From Minisyncoccota bacterium (GTDB lineage: Bacteria > Patescibacteriota > Minisyncoccia > Phycocordibacterales > DASSSU01), in contig DASSSU010000029.1 of the NCBI GenBank assembly GCA_035708305.1, positions 576 through 64,575 of the forward strand: DNA of 64,000 nucleotides, in the 5' to 3' direction. The position numbers were made by a program, and so were the translations under genes. Below, in pieces: positions 63,921 to 64,000 of the stretch (the first letter of the stretch is position 1; the number at the start of each line of letters is the position of its first letter). Below the pieces are notes generated by a model. It had not been told where the DNA came from, ran no database searches, and saw only the letters and a program-made list of their open reading frames with translations.

Positions 63921-64000
63921 CAAAATTGTAAACCCCGAGCAAAAGCTTCTGGGACCGCAAGAGATAATTCAAAGATGTTCAAAAATAAAACCACCCCGCG

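Overview
Chromosomal segment of a CPR/Patescibacteria (Parcubacteria-like) bacterium, judged from 16S signatures, a 16S insertion and the gene repertoire. It holds rplJ-rplL, a 16S and a separately promoted 23S-5S rRNA unit, lepA, gatB, a gap-rpiB-rpe-transketolase block, pyrH, ptrB, a YrdC/Sua5 protein, prmC, miaA, nrdAB, parB, rel, topA, rpmJ, rpmB, obg, two tRNAs, and cell-surface and stress accessory genes. Four non-standard layers stand out. (1) The 16S 3' end lacks the anti-Shine-Dalgarno sequence, and many genes look leaderless. (2) Small orphan promoter-ORF-terminator cassettes scattered between core genes nevertheless carry strong SD motifs. (3) Modular, nested palindromic elements exchange outer arms and apical hairpins; they sit on stop codons, inside the L10 leader, in 23S helix 45 and in-frame inside lepA. 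(4) An interrupted antisense copy of the tRNA-Leu 3' end lies right behind the tRNA. All calls were made by eye; no searches were run.
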